From Squalus acanthias (taxonomy: Eukaryota), in the NCBI GenBank assembly GCA_030390025.1, contig CM059432.1:51896001-51960000 (forward strand): a stretch of 64,000 bases of DNA. The letters are read 5' to 3'. The notes under the pieces were generated by a model that saw only the letters and a program-made list of their open reading frames with translations, had not been told where the DNA came from and did no database searches. Below are positions 11,308 through 23,075 of this stretch, piece by piece (positions within the stretch are counted from its first letter, which is position 1; the number at the start of each line of letters is the position of its first letter). The position numbers and the translations under genes are program-made.

Positions 11308-11644
11308 TCCTGATGGTCGGAGAGTCCAGAACCAGGGGTCATAATCTAAGGATAAGGGGTAAGCCATTTAGGACAGAAATGAGGAAGAATTTCTTCACCC
11401 AGAGAGTGGTGAACCTGTGGAATTCTCTACCACAGAAGGTAGTTGAGGCCAATTCATTAAATATATTCAAGAATGAGTTAGATATATTTCTTAAAGCTAA
11501 AGGTATCAAGGGATATGGGGAGAAGGCAGATACAGGGTACTGAGTTTGGATGATCAGCCATGATCTCATCGAATGGCGGAGCAGGCTTGAGGGGCCGAAT
11601 GGCCTACTCCTGCTCCTAACTTCTATGTTTCTATGCTTCTATGT
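11308..11644 (+). mobile_element. 3' end of the host CR1 (continuation of 6151-7316)
   Basis: Resumes FLMVGESRTRGH...FFTQRVVNLWNSLP, then 3' UTR and TTCTATG tail. Confidence 0.93.
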
Positions 11645-11746
11645 TTGGGGCGCAACCACTCAATTTCCGGCGCGGGGCGCTAATTTTTCCAGGGTGCTAA
11701 AAGTAGCGCCCTGGCGAAGTTAGCGGGCACTACTCAATTTTTGCCC
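11645..11746 (+). mobile_element. MITE family A, right end (continuation of 5577-6150)
   Basis: Matches 60171-60285. Ends CTCAATTTTTGCCC, the inverse of the left terminus. Confidence 0.8.
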
Positions 11747-12996
11747 ATAATCTCCAAATTGGTCCATCCACTAAAGAGCTAACAGAAAAATAATTCTCCT
11801 TGTGAAATATATATTTTGCAGAAACAATTTTATTTGTTTAGATTTGCTAATGTGCAATCTCTAAATCGGAACCAGTGCTGAGGGCAGGATATGGCAAAGA
11901 TTGGACCAGTGTTGTCCAATGCATTAGCCACGAGTCACACGTGGTGAATTGGGAATCCAGATTTGGCTAATTGCATTTCAGATTATTAAATAAAATGAGT
12001 TCTATTCACCAATGTTGAGCATGTGCTCTCAATACTCATATTCACACGCTATTGTATGTGTGCTTTAAACTTTTTGTGCATTTGTTGGTAAAACAGTAAG
12101 ATGAAAAGCAGTCTGCCTGAATTTTTTTTTAATTGTTCAGTGCTTTACTTCCTTCGTGGTAGATGTTTGTCAAGTAAATATGCACATGTGAAGTACATTT
12201 ATCTGTGAGCATATGTAAGGCGTTTTCTACTAAAATTAGTGCGTGTGACTAAAACAGTGCCGCGTAGCCACGCCTAGTTTTGAATTTTCACAGAAAAACT
12301 AACAAAGTGGAATGCAATCCCCAAACACTGGTAAAAATCCTTGAATCCCAAGTAATAAAAACAGAATGTGACTTATTCAGTCACCATAAAGCAATGGCCC
12401 TGATAATTGAGAATAACAGCCCTTTGTACATTATAGTAAGGTCACTGGTTTTATAGTTACATGGAAAAACAGACAGAATCACAGAACATTATCAAAAAAA
12501 TGCAGGTAAAAATTACAGAATTAAATAAAATAAAAATGGAATTTTACATATTCAGCCAGCATAAACCAGTGACCCTGATTATCATTTCACTAATGTTTAT
12601 TCAGACAATATGAATAAATTGTGCACTTTTACTCATCCTGTTGTCTCATTTTGTATCCCTTCTACTGCCTGGACTCAAATGTTTTACATCTAAATATTTG
12701 TCATCTCTTAAAGTCATAACATCACTGAAATGCTTTGGTTACCATAGAGTGAACTACAAACTAATGGAAAATACATCAAATGAAGCATCAAGCTCAAACC
12801 AAACCACCTTATAAAATAAATCTTGTGATTTCAGTGTTCAAATTCCCTTCAGAAATGTCTAAAATTTGCCACCATTGCAGACAATACTTTCACGTACTTC
12901 TACTTTTTTTCTGCTTGTATGATGATGGAATGATGGGTATACTAGCAGCTTAAGTTATGACAAGCTGGTATCCCATGGCATTTTCAGTATAACAAT

Positions 12997-13760
12997 GGGA
13001 CAGAAATTAGGCTCGCCACAGGTGAGTACGCACTATGTACTCACCCGTGGACGGAACGAAAGTGCTGGTTTCTTGCATGCACTGCGCATGCGCGGGAAAC
13101 CGGCACTTCCGTTCCCCTGAAGGAAGGGGTTCAGAGGTCGAACGCGCACGCCGGAGGGCCAGCGCGTTCGCCTCGCACTTCGGGTTTTTTTACAGGTTCC
13201 TCCTTGAGGGTAAACATGGAGAAGATGCACATTGAAAAAGGAGGCACAAGGCCTTCTTTTAACAAGGTAAGTGTTGATTTTATTAAAATTTAAACATTTT
13301 TTCACAGATTTATCTTTTTTAATTACTTTAAAGAAAGGTAAGTTTAGTTTTAGCCCTTTTAAAAAGTTTAATTAATTTTTTCAAAAATTTAAATTTTTGT
13401 TTAAAATAGTTAATTAATGTAATTTATAGTTATTTTAAAAATGTGATGTTTTTTTCAAATTTATTTGCAGTTTTAGGGATGTTTTGGGGCCGATCTGTAT
13501 TCATAGATTTGACAGGCCTTCCTGTCAAATCTATGAATGAAAGATGGTCTGCTGCCATTGGCTCTCCATGGCCCACGTGATCCCAGGGGACGCATCGCAC
13601 TAACTACGCCCCTGGGATACGCAAGCACTGCGCGCCGGCAGTTGGAGGAGGCCCAGGACCGGAATCCCCCGTGGGCCCAGGGGTCAATGGCAGGTGCGGT
13701 AGGTAGGTGCGCGCGCGATCCTTGCACCCGCGGGAAGCCAGGGAGCCTAATTTCTGGCCC
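12997..13760 (+). mobile_element. Complete Harbinger-type MITE (family B), 764 bp
   Basis: TIRs GGGACAGAAATTAGGCTC / GAGCCTAATTTCTGGCCC. Perfect 3-bp TSD AAT (12994-12996, 13761-13763). Several internal hairpins. Confidence 0.88.
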
Positions 13761-13924
13761 AATGTGTTTTCACAAGTCAGAAGGCTGTGTTCAGGGCTGC
13801 TTTTGAGTTGTATGTTTTTTGAAGGTTGTACCATTTTTTTGAAACTGTTGATCAACTTTTGCTAGTTTTCTAGATTGGCACGAATGTGTAAATAGAAGGA
13901 ATTCATCCTTTTGAAGCGAAATAC

Positions 13925-15024
13925 ATAATAGACTAATGAATAAGGTCAGAGAATGTGGGGTCAAGGGACAAGGAACAGAATGGATAGCTAGCTGGCTTCA
14001 AGACAGAAAGCAGAGAGTAGGGGTAAAGGGTAGCTATTCACAGTGGCAGAAGGTGGGTAGTGGTGTTCCACAAGGATCAGTGCTGAGACCACATTTTTTC
14101 ACAATTTATATTAATGATTTAGACTTTGGAATCAAAAACACAGTTTCTAAATTTACGATGACACTAAATTGGGGGGGGATAGTCAATACTGAGGAGGACT
14201 GCAACAAATTACAGGAAGACATTAATAAACTTGCAGAATGGGCATATAATTGGCAAATGAATTTCAACACAGATAAATGTGAGGTATTACACTTTGGCAG
14301 GAAGAATAGGGAGGTCACATATTACTTGGAGGGTGCGAGTCTGGGTGGGGTAGAGGAGCAAAGGGATCTCAGAGTACAAATCACTAAAAGTAATGAAACA
14401 GGTTAACAAGGCCATAAAAAAAGCAAACAAAGCACTAGGGTTTATTTCTGGAGGGATAGAATTGAAAAGTAGGGAAGTTATGCTAAACTTGTATCGAACC
14501 TTGGTTAGACCACACTTGGAGTACTGCGTACAATTCTGGTTGCCATATTAAGGATATAGAGGCACTGGAGAGGATGCAGAGAAGATTTACAAGGATGATA
14601 CCAGAAATGTGAGGGTATACCTATCAGGAAATGCTGAACAGGCTGGGTCTCCTTTCTCTTGAAAAGAGAAGGCTGAGGGGTGACCTAATAGAAGTCTTTA
14701 AAATTATGAAACGTTTTGATAGAGTAGATAAAGAAAGAGTGTTTCCAAGTGTTCGGAAGAGCAAAAAGGGAGCCCATCAATATAAGATAGTCACGAAGAA
14801 ATCAAATAGGGAATTCAGAAGAAACTTCTTTACCCAGAGAGTGGTGAGAATGTGGAACTCGCTACCACAGGGAGTGGTTGAAGTGAATAGCATAGATGCA
14901 TTTAAGGGGTGGTTAGATAAGCATATGAGGGAGAAGGGAATAGAGGGTTATGCTGATAGAGTTAGATGAGGAAAGACTGGAGGAGGCTTGAGTGGAGGCC
15001 AAATGTCCTGTTTCTGTGCTGTAA
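13925..15024 (+). mobile_element. 5'-truncated degraded CR1 LINE
   Basis: GVPQGSVL, RPHLEYC and FFTQRVVRMWNSLP remnants. Tail appears to resume at about 16347-16363 (TCCTATGTCATCCTATG). Confidence 0.9.
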
Positions 15025-16346
15025 CCATGAAACTATCGGATTGTCATAAAAACCCATCTGGTTCACTAATGTCCTTTAGGGAAGGAAATCTGCCGTCCTT
15101 ATCTGGTCTGGCCTATATGTGACTCCAGACCCACAGCAATGTGGTTAACTCTTAACTGCCCTCTGAAATGGCCTAGCAAGCCACTCAGTTGTAACAAACT
15201 GCTACGAAACACAATAATAAGAATAAAATGGGACGGATCACCTGGCATCGACCTCGGCTCCGGCTACGGACACGGCAACGGCAAACCCAGCCCAGTCGAC
15301 CCTGCAAAGTCCTCCTCACCAACATCTGGGGATTTGTGCCAAAATTGGGAGAGTTGTCCCACAGACTAGTCAAGCAACAGCCTGACATAGTCATACTCAC
15401 AGAATCATAACTTTCAGCCAATGTCGTAAAGTCCTCCATCACCATCCCTGGGTATGTCCTCTTCCACCGGCAGCACAGACCCACCAGAGGTGGTGGCACA
15501 GTGGTATACAGTCGGGAAGGAGTGGCCCTGGGAGTCCTCAACATTGACTCCGGACCCCATGAAGTCTCACGGCTTCAGGTCAAGCATGGGCAAGGAAACC
15601 TCCTGCTGATTAACACCTATCGCTCTCCCTCAGCTGATAAATCAGTACTCCTCCATGTTGAACACCACTTGGAAGAAGCACTGAGGGTAGCAAGGGCACA
15701 GAATGTACTCTGGGTGGGGGACTTCAATGCCCATCACCAAGAGTGGCTCGGTAACACCACTACTAACTGGCCGAGTCCTGAAGGACATAGCTGCTAGTCT
15801 GGGCCTGCGACAGTTGGTGAGAGAACCAACACAAGGGAAAAACCTACTTGACCTCATCCTCACCAATCTACCTGTCGCAGATGCATCTGTCCATGACAGC
15901 ATTGGTAGCAGTGACCACCGCACAGTCATTGTGGAGACAAAGTCCCGTCTTCACACTGAGGACACCCTCCATCGTGTTGTGTGGCACTACCACCGTGCTA
16001 AATGGGATAGATTCAGAACAGATCTAGCAGCTCAAAACTGGGCATCCATGAGGCGCTGTGGGCCATCAGCAGCAGCAGAATTGTATTCCACCACAATCTG
16101 TAACCTCAAGTTCCCCTCCAAGTCACACACCATCCTGACTTGGAAGTATATCGCCGATCCTTCATCGTCGCTGGGTCAAAATCCTGGAACTCCCTACCTA
16201 ACAGCACTGTGGGCGTACCATCACCACACGGACTGCAGTGGTTCAAGAAGGCGGCTCACCACCACCTTCTCAAGGGCAATTAGGGATGGGCAATAAATGC
16301 TGGCCTTGCCAGCGACGCCCACATCCCATAAACGAATTTTAAAAAA
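15025..16346 (+). mobile_element. Internally deleted LINE of a second CR1/L2-type family (5' region and APE joined to the 3' end)
   Basis: APE motifs ILTES, GGG, GDFNAHH, LDLILTN and GSSDH, then an abrupt jump at about 16107 to the 3' end (SWNSLPN-like sequence, GCCCACATCCC tail). Confidence 0.8.
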
Positions 16347-17569
16347 TCCTATGTCATCCTATGAAATGACAGCAAAATATCCTAACATTGAAACCTAGGG
16401 CCCTGATGAGACATTGCTTTAGTGTCAGCCACTAATCAACTGCTAGTGAAGAGACAAACAAACGTGAAGGAAGGGAGAGATAGAAATGAAAGTGGGAGAG
16501 AGAGAGAGAATTGAAAATAAAGCAGAAGCAAGAAAGAGCAGGAGAGACGAAAATGAAGAGAACCAGAAGTGAAAGAGTGAATTAATGAAAGAGAAACTAA
16601 GGAGAGACCAACTTCTGAACTGGCGCCAAATGATGCTCAACTTGCCCGCCTCCCATCTGTTTGAATCTGACAAGAGGAGAACAAGGGAGGAATCCATTAA
16701 AAACAGTTGGCAGTCTGAGTAGGCTGAAATGGGAAGGAGAGAATTCGATTGGCCCTGTGCATAGAGTTAATCCCCCCAGAGCTGGTTGTGCCATGACAGT
16801 TAAAATAAATGACAATTTTGGAGCAACAGGCAGGAAAGAAGCAGTCAGCAGAGAAGAAATAAAGATTGTTATTGGGTTCATTGGAGATTGTTGTCTGAAA
16901 AGGGAGTAGTCCGAAAAGGGATAATGATGAATTAGTAAGCCAGAGACATTAAAAAACAAAAGAGGAATAAAATGCGATTTTATAAAGAATACAAGAAGGT
17001 CTGTAACTGGCAGGAATAATGCAAATTAGATTTGTATGGGAGAAAATTATAATTAAAAAAATGGGGGACTTGGTGAACAGAACAAAGACAAGGAACTAAT
17101 ATATTCTTTTGCTACTACTAGATTATCACAAAATATATGATTCACCATGACATTTACACCAAAATCCCAGAGAATGTACCAAACTATACAAAAATAAATC
17201 TGTATTTCCCAGGCATGTACCCAGAGCCTCAAAGATTAGAAAATAAATTTAATTGAGTGCAAGAGGCTATAGGATGCAGATGCAGACACCATTTCCTCCT
17301 GGACTGAACAACCTTTGAACAATTCCAGGAAATATAAATTAATTCTACACACCTCTCCACAACACTATCGCTGAAAATGAATGCATACTCTTGTCACCAT
17401 ACTAATATGGCATACAAGTGTCAACCATACTTTCTGTAAGTGAACTGGGTCCCTTAAAACTGAAACTATGGTCTTTCGTTTCCACTGTGTATGAGCCAAC
17501 ATGGTCCAGATTTAACAATTAACCTCGATTTGTGATAAATCGCTTACTGGAAAATACATGGGATGCCCA

Positions 17570-17870
17570 TCACATTCTTGGATATTTTTTTAATGGTGAG
17601 AGACCAGGAGCTGTAGGAAAGCAAAGTAATTTAGGTGTCTATGTACACAAATCACTAAAAGTTAGTGCACAGGTACAAAAGGTAATCAAAAAGGCTACTG
17701 GAATGTTGGTCTTTATCTCAAGAGGGATAGAATACAAAGGGGAGGAAGTGAAGCTTCAGTTTTAGTTTTAGTTTTAGTCAGACCGCATTAGGAATACAGC
17801 GTTCAATTTTGGGCACCACACCTCAGGAAAAGTATATTGGCCTTGGAGTGGGTATGGCGCAGATTCACTC
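17570..17870 (+). mobile_element. Old CR1 fragment (host), continues at 21744
   Basis: LGVYVHKSLK, SRGIEYK and QFWAPHLRK remnants. Confidence 0.85.
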
Positions 17871-20800
17871 TGACACATAAGGGAGGGGGAGCATTATCTG
17901 GACAGTTTGCTCCAGACCTCACTCACACCTCGTAGAGAGGTGTAGGTTCAGAACGGGGTTGGTGTGACCGATAGTGTACAGAGTAGGGGGAACCCAGGTA
18001 AGATAGGGAATGAGAATCCACAGAAACTGATCCTATCCAACAGGTACAATGTACTTGTTACCTGTGAGGATAAGGATAAAGACTGTCGGAAGGACAGCCA
18101 GAATGCAGACCATGGCACCTTGGAGCAGGAGGCTGTCCTAAGGGGGGAGGAAGAGGAGGAGGAAGAGGAGGAGAGGAAGTGTAGTGTGCTAGTTGTAGGG
18201 GATTCTATAATTAGGGGGACAGATAGCATTCTTTGTAAGCAAGATCGAGAGTCCCACATGGTATGTTGGCTACCTGGTGCCAGGGTGAGGGATATCTCGA
18301 ATCAGCTTGAAAGGATATTGGAGAGGGAGGGAGAGGATCTAGTCGTTGTGGTCCATGTTGGGACAAACAACATAGGGAAAAGTAGGCAAGAGGTCCCATT
18401 TGGGGAGTACCAGGAACTAGGAGCTAAATTAAAGAACAGGACCTCAAGGGTTAAAATCTCTGGATTATTACCTAAGCCACATGCAAATTGGTGTAGGGAT
18501 AAGCAGATTAGGGAGGTGAACACGTGGCTGAAGGAGTGGTGTGGGAAAGAGGGGTTCCATTTCATGGGGCACTGGCACCAGTATTGGGACAGGAAGGAAC
18601 TGTACTGTTGGGACGGACTTCATCTGAACCGGTCTGGACCAGGGTCCTAGCAGAACAGATAAATAGGGTGGTCACAAGGACTTTAAACTAGTAAATGGGG
18701 GGAGGGGGAGGGGGAAATTGTAGTACAAATAGTAGTTCAAAAACAAATGAAAGGGAAGAGAGTAGAGTAACAGCCAGCAATTGTGCTTTAGGCACTACAG
18801 GTAAAGGGAAAACTAAAAGATGTAAAGTGATTAAACCAGGAGAGAGAAATAAGAAACATGTGAGTAAACATTAGAGCTGAAGAACAGGCTAGAGTGTGTG
18901 GCCCAAATAAGCGTTCTTTATAAAAACGCATGGTGTATAAGGAATGAATTGAATGAACTGCAGGCACAAATTCAACTTGAAGTGTATGACATGGCAGCCA
19001 TTACTGAGACATGGCTGCAAGACAGTCAGGACTGGGAACTAAATATACCAGAAGCTCTACAGGAAAGATAGGGAAAATGGTAGAGGGGGAGGAGTAGCCT
19101 TAGTGATTAAGGATGAAATCACTTCAATAATAAGAGAGGATATAACGAGAGGTAAGCAGGCAGTGGAGACTTTATAGGTAGAAATAAGAGATAGGAAAGG
19201 ATTTAAGATTGTAGTGGAAGTTGTGGATAGGCCCCCTGGTAGCAGCTGTGAAGTGCTAGATTGTATAAATGCAGAGATTAGACAAGCATTTAGCAAAGGC
19301 AAAGTGGTTTTAATGGGGGATTTTAACTTTCATATAGATTGGGATAAGCAGACTAGCACCTGTCAGAAAGGTAGTGAATTTCTTGAGCGTGTCCAGGACA
19401 ATATGTCCTAGAACCAACAAGGGGGCATGCCATATTAGATTTAGTAATGAGTAATGAGCCAGATTTAGTTAACAGCCTAACGGCGCGTGAACATTTATCT
19501 AATAGCGATCATAACATGATCGAGTTCAACGTAGTGTTTGAAAGGGAGAAACACGAAACAGCTACTAAGGTAAGGCCAACTTCAGTGGGATGAGACAGAG
19601 ACAGTCCACAGTAAACTGGGCAAATCTGTTAATGGGTAAAATGACAGAAGATCAGTGGGAGGTGTTCAAAAAATAATTTAATGTGATACAAAACCAGTTT
19701 ATACCCCCACGGGGCAAGAGCTCTACTTGCCAAAAAAAACAGCCATGGACGACTAAAGAGGTAGGAGGCAACATAAAACTAAAAGAAAAAGCATACAAAA
19801 ATGCAAAAAATAGCACAGATCCTGGCAAAATGGGAAAAATACAAAGAACAGCAAAGGGTCACAAAAGAGATAGTACGAGCTACAAAAATGGAGTATGAAA
19901 AGAAACTTGCAAGGAATATCAAAATCAACATGAACATTTTTTACAATTATATTTCGAAAAAGAGGGTGGTCAGAAGTAATGTTGGCCCCTTGAAAACTGT
20001 TATTGGTGATATTGTCAATGATAAGGAAATGACAGACATGTTGAATCATTTCTTTGCATCAGCATTTACAGTAGAGTAAGAGGATAGCATGAAGGAAATA
20101 CCAAGGAAACTAATATTAAATCAGGGACAGGGACTCAATAAAATTAACGTAAGCAAAATAACAATAATGAAGAAAATAATGGCACTAAAGAGTGACAAAT
20201 CCCCAGGACCAGATGGTTTCCATCCCAGGGTTTTAAAGGAAGTAGGTGAGCATATTGCAGATGCCCTAACTATAATCTTCCAAAGTTCTCTCGATTCAGG
20301 GACCATTCCTTTAGATTGGAAAATTGCGCATGTCACTCCACTATTTAAGAATGGCGAGAGAGGGAAACCAGGGAATTATAGACCAGTTAGCCTAACATCT
20401 GTTGTCAAGAAATTGCTAGAGTCTATAATTAAGGATAGGGTGACTGAACACCTTGAACATTTTCAGCTGATCAGAGAGAACCAGCATGGATTTGTGAAAG
20501 GTAGGTCATGCCTGACAAACCTGATTGAATTTTTTGAGAAGGTGATTAAATTAGTGAACAGAAGAATGTCTATGGATGTTATTTATATGGACTTCCAGAA
20601 GGTATTTGATAAAGTCCCTCATAAGAGACTGTTAACTAAGGTAGAAGCCCATGGAATTGAAGGCAGATTATTGACCTGGTTAGGAAATTGGCTAAGTGGC
20701 AGGAGACAGAGAGTAGGGATTATGGGCAGGTAATCTAATTGGCAGGATGTGACTTGTGGTGTCCCGCAGGGATCTGTGTTGGAACCTTAACTATTCACAG

Positions 20801-21746
20801 TATTTATTAACGACCAGATGATGGCATAGAAAGCCACATATCCAAACTTGCCGATGACACAAAGATAGGCAGCATTGTAGGCAGTGTAGATGAAAGCATA
20901 AAATTACAAAGGGATATTGACAGATTAAGTGAATGGGCAAAACTGTGGCAAATGGATTTCAATGCAGACAAATGTGAGGTTATCCACTTTGGACCTAAAA
21001 AGGATAGAACAGGGTACTTCCTAAATGGTGAAAAGCTAAAAACAGTGGAGGTACAAAGAGACTTGGGAGTCTAGGTACATATTTCATTAAAATGTCATGA
21101 ACAGGTACAGAAAATAATCAAAAAGGCTAATGGAATTCTGTCCTTTATATCTAGAGGACTAGAATACAAGGGGGTAGAAGTTATGCTGCAGCTATACAAA
21201 ACCCTGGTTAGACCACACCTGGTGAGCAGGAAGGATATATTGGCCTTGGAGGTAGTGCAGTGCAGGATTACCAGAATGATACCCGGAATTCAAGGGGTAA
21301 ATTACAAGGAGAGATTACACAAATTAGAGTTGTATTCCCTAGAATTTAGAAGGTTAAGGGGTGATTTGATCGAAGTTTTCAAGATATTAAAGGGAACAGA
21401 TAGAGTAGATAGAGAGAAACTATTTCTGCTGGTTGGGGATTCTAGGACTAGGGGGCATAGTCTAAAATTTAGAGCCAGATCTTTCAGGAGTGAAATTAGG
21501 AAACACTTCTACACACAAAGGGTGGTAGAAGTTTGGAACTCTGTTCCGCAAACGGCAATTGCTGCTAGATCAATTGTTAATTTTAAGTCTCAGATTGATA
21601 GATTTTTGTTAACCAAAGGTATTAAGGGATATGGGCCAAAGGCGGGTATATGGAGCTAGGTCGCAGATCAGCCATGATCTTATTGAATGGCGGACGGAAC
21701 AGACTTGAGGGGCTAAATGGCCTACTCCTGTTCCTACAATCCTATG
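17871..21746 (+). mobile_element. Long degraded CR1 LINE (ORF1 plus ORF2 pseudogene) nested in an older CR1
   Basis: SGNH ORF1 remnant. APE/RT fragments with stops and frameshifts. 3' UTR ending CCTATG. Confidence 0.93.
17964..18691 (+). pseudogene. CR1 ORF1 SGNH esterase remnant (frameshifted near its end)
   Basis: GDSIIRG, VHVGTNN and DGLHL. Ends ACT TTA AAC TAG. Confidence 0.88.
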
Positions 21747-22202
21747 AGACCAGGGCTTAAAGGGTTAAATTGTGAGGTCAGGTTGCATAAATTGGATTTG
21801 TATTCCCTTTCGTTTAGAAGGTTGAGGGGTTATCTAATCAAGATATTTAAAATGAATCCAATAGCATAGATACAGAGAAACAATTCCCTCTGGTGGAGGA
21901 ATCCAGAACAAGAGGGTACAATCTTAAAATTAAGAACCAGGTCATTAAGGAGTTGAATCAGGAAGCACTATTTCACACAACAGGTAGTGGAAATCTGGAA
22001 CTCTCTTCCCAAAACGTTGTGGATGCTGGGTCAGTTGAAATTTTTATGACTCAGATCAATAGATTTTTGTTAGTTAAGGGTATCAAGGTATATGGAGCAA
22101 AAACAGGTAAATGGAGTTGAGGTACGGATTACCCATGAACTAATTGAATGGTGGAACAGGATTGACAAGCTGAATGGCTAACTCCTGTTCCTAGCTTCCT
22201 AT
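21744..22202 (+). mobile_element. 3' end of the old host CR1
   Basis: Resumes PGLKGLN..., ESRTRGYNLKI, then 3' UTR. Confidence 0.85.
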
Positions 22203-22318
22203 TTTCCCATCATCTCAGAAGGTGACAAAAAACACACCACTAGACCACTGCGTACATGTGAAACTACTTGGTCACAATCATTTATAGATAAAAGAGCATA
22301 TCGAAGTAAAAAGACATA

Positions 22319-23075
22319 GGGGGAAAAGTTGAGTCGGGACCCCTTTGGGGCGCTAACTTCGTCGTAGCGCCCCGAAAAAATTAGCACCCCGCAGCCGAAA
22401 TTCATCGGTAGTGCCCCAAGAGGGAAGCGGGGCACTACTGGAAGCGCCCTGCCTCCCTCTTGGGGCGCTGCAAGTGAATATCGCGGCGCTACGTGCAACA
22501 GCACCACGAGCTGCGGCACGTCGCGCCGTGGTACTGCAGGCCTTCCTCCCCTTCTTAAAGGGGAGGGGCCTAGCGCAGCGTGACCCGGGGCCCAGTTGGG
22601 CCACCAGGGATCGGAGTGCCGGCAAAAGAGCCCGGCACTCAAGAGAAGTGCCGGGCTCACGGAGCGCAGCTGGCACTCCGCGGGGGGGCTGAATTGGAGA
22701 CCGGGGACGGCAACAGGGGCAGGTGCTGGCAGGAGACCAGCAACAAAAATGGCCGCCCGGCACCTCACTTTTAATTAGCGCTGCCCCGGCCACAGGTAGG
22801 CCCCCCTGACCCCGTCGGACATAGCGTCTGGCAGTAACTCAGGGGGCGCTACCGAAGATCAGCTGGGGCGCGAGCGAGGCGCTGCGCACGGCGATGACGT
22901 CATCGCCGGCAGCGCAGCAACGCGGGGCGCTAACAGTTACCACCACCTCTAACCTCCCGCTGAATTTCGCAGGAGGCGTTGGCGGTGCCGCGCCCGGGCA
23001 CTAGTTGCTTTGCGCCCCGTTAGCGCCCTCTTAGGGCACTAACGGGAGGCACAAAGCAACTGAATTTTTCCCCCA
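22319..23075 (-). mobile_element. Complete Harbinger-type MITE family A, 757 bp
   Basis: TIRs GGGGGAAAAGTTGA / TGAATTTTTCCCCC, 3-bp TSD ATA, many TAGCGCCC/GGGCGCTA motifs. Confidence 0.88.

Noticed and set aside
8518..11569. Many minus-strand ORFs over CR1, L2 and RTE sequences
   Set aside because: Antisense shadows of LINE ORF2.
12255..12600. Possible hAT-like MITE with repeated ACAGAA motifs
   Set aside because: No matching terminal inverted repeat or 8-bp TSD found.
16445..16610. Purine-rich tract with GA repeats
   Set aside because: Low-complexity sequence with no further structure.
18145..18178. Poly-Glu run in CR1 ORF1
   Set aside because: Simple GAG/GAA microsatellite expansion in a dead copy.
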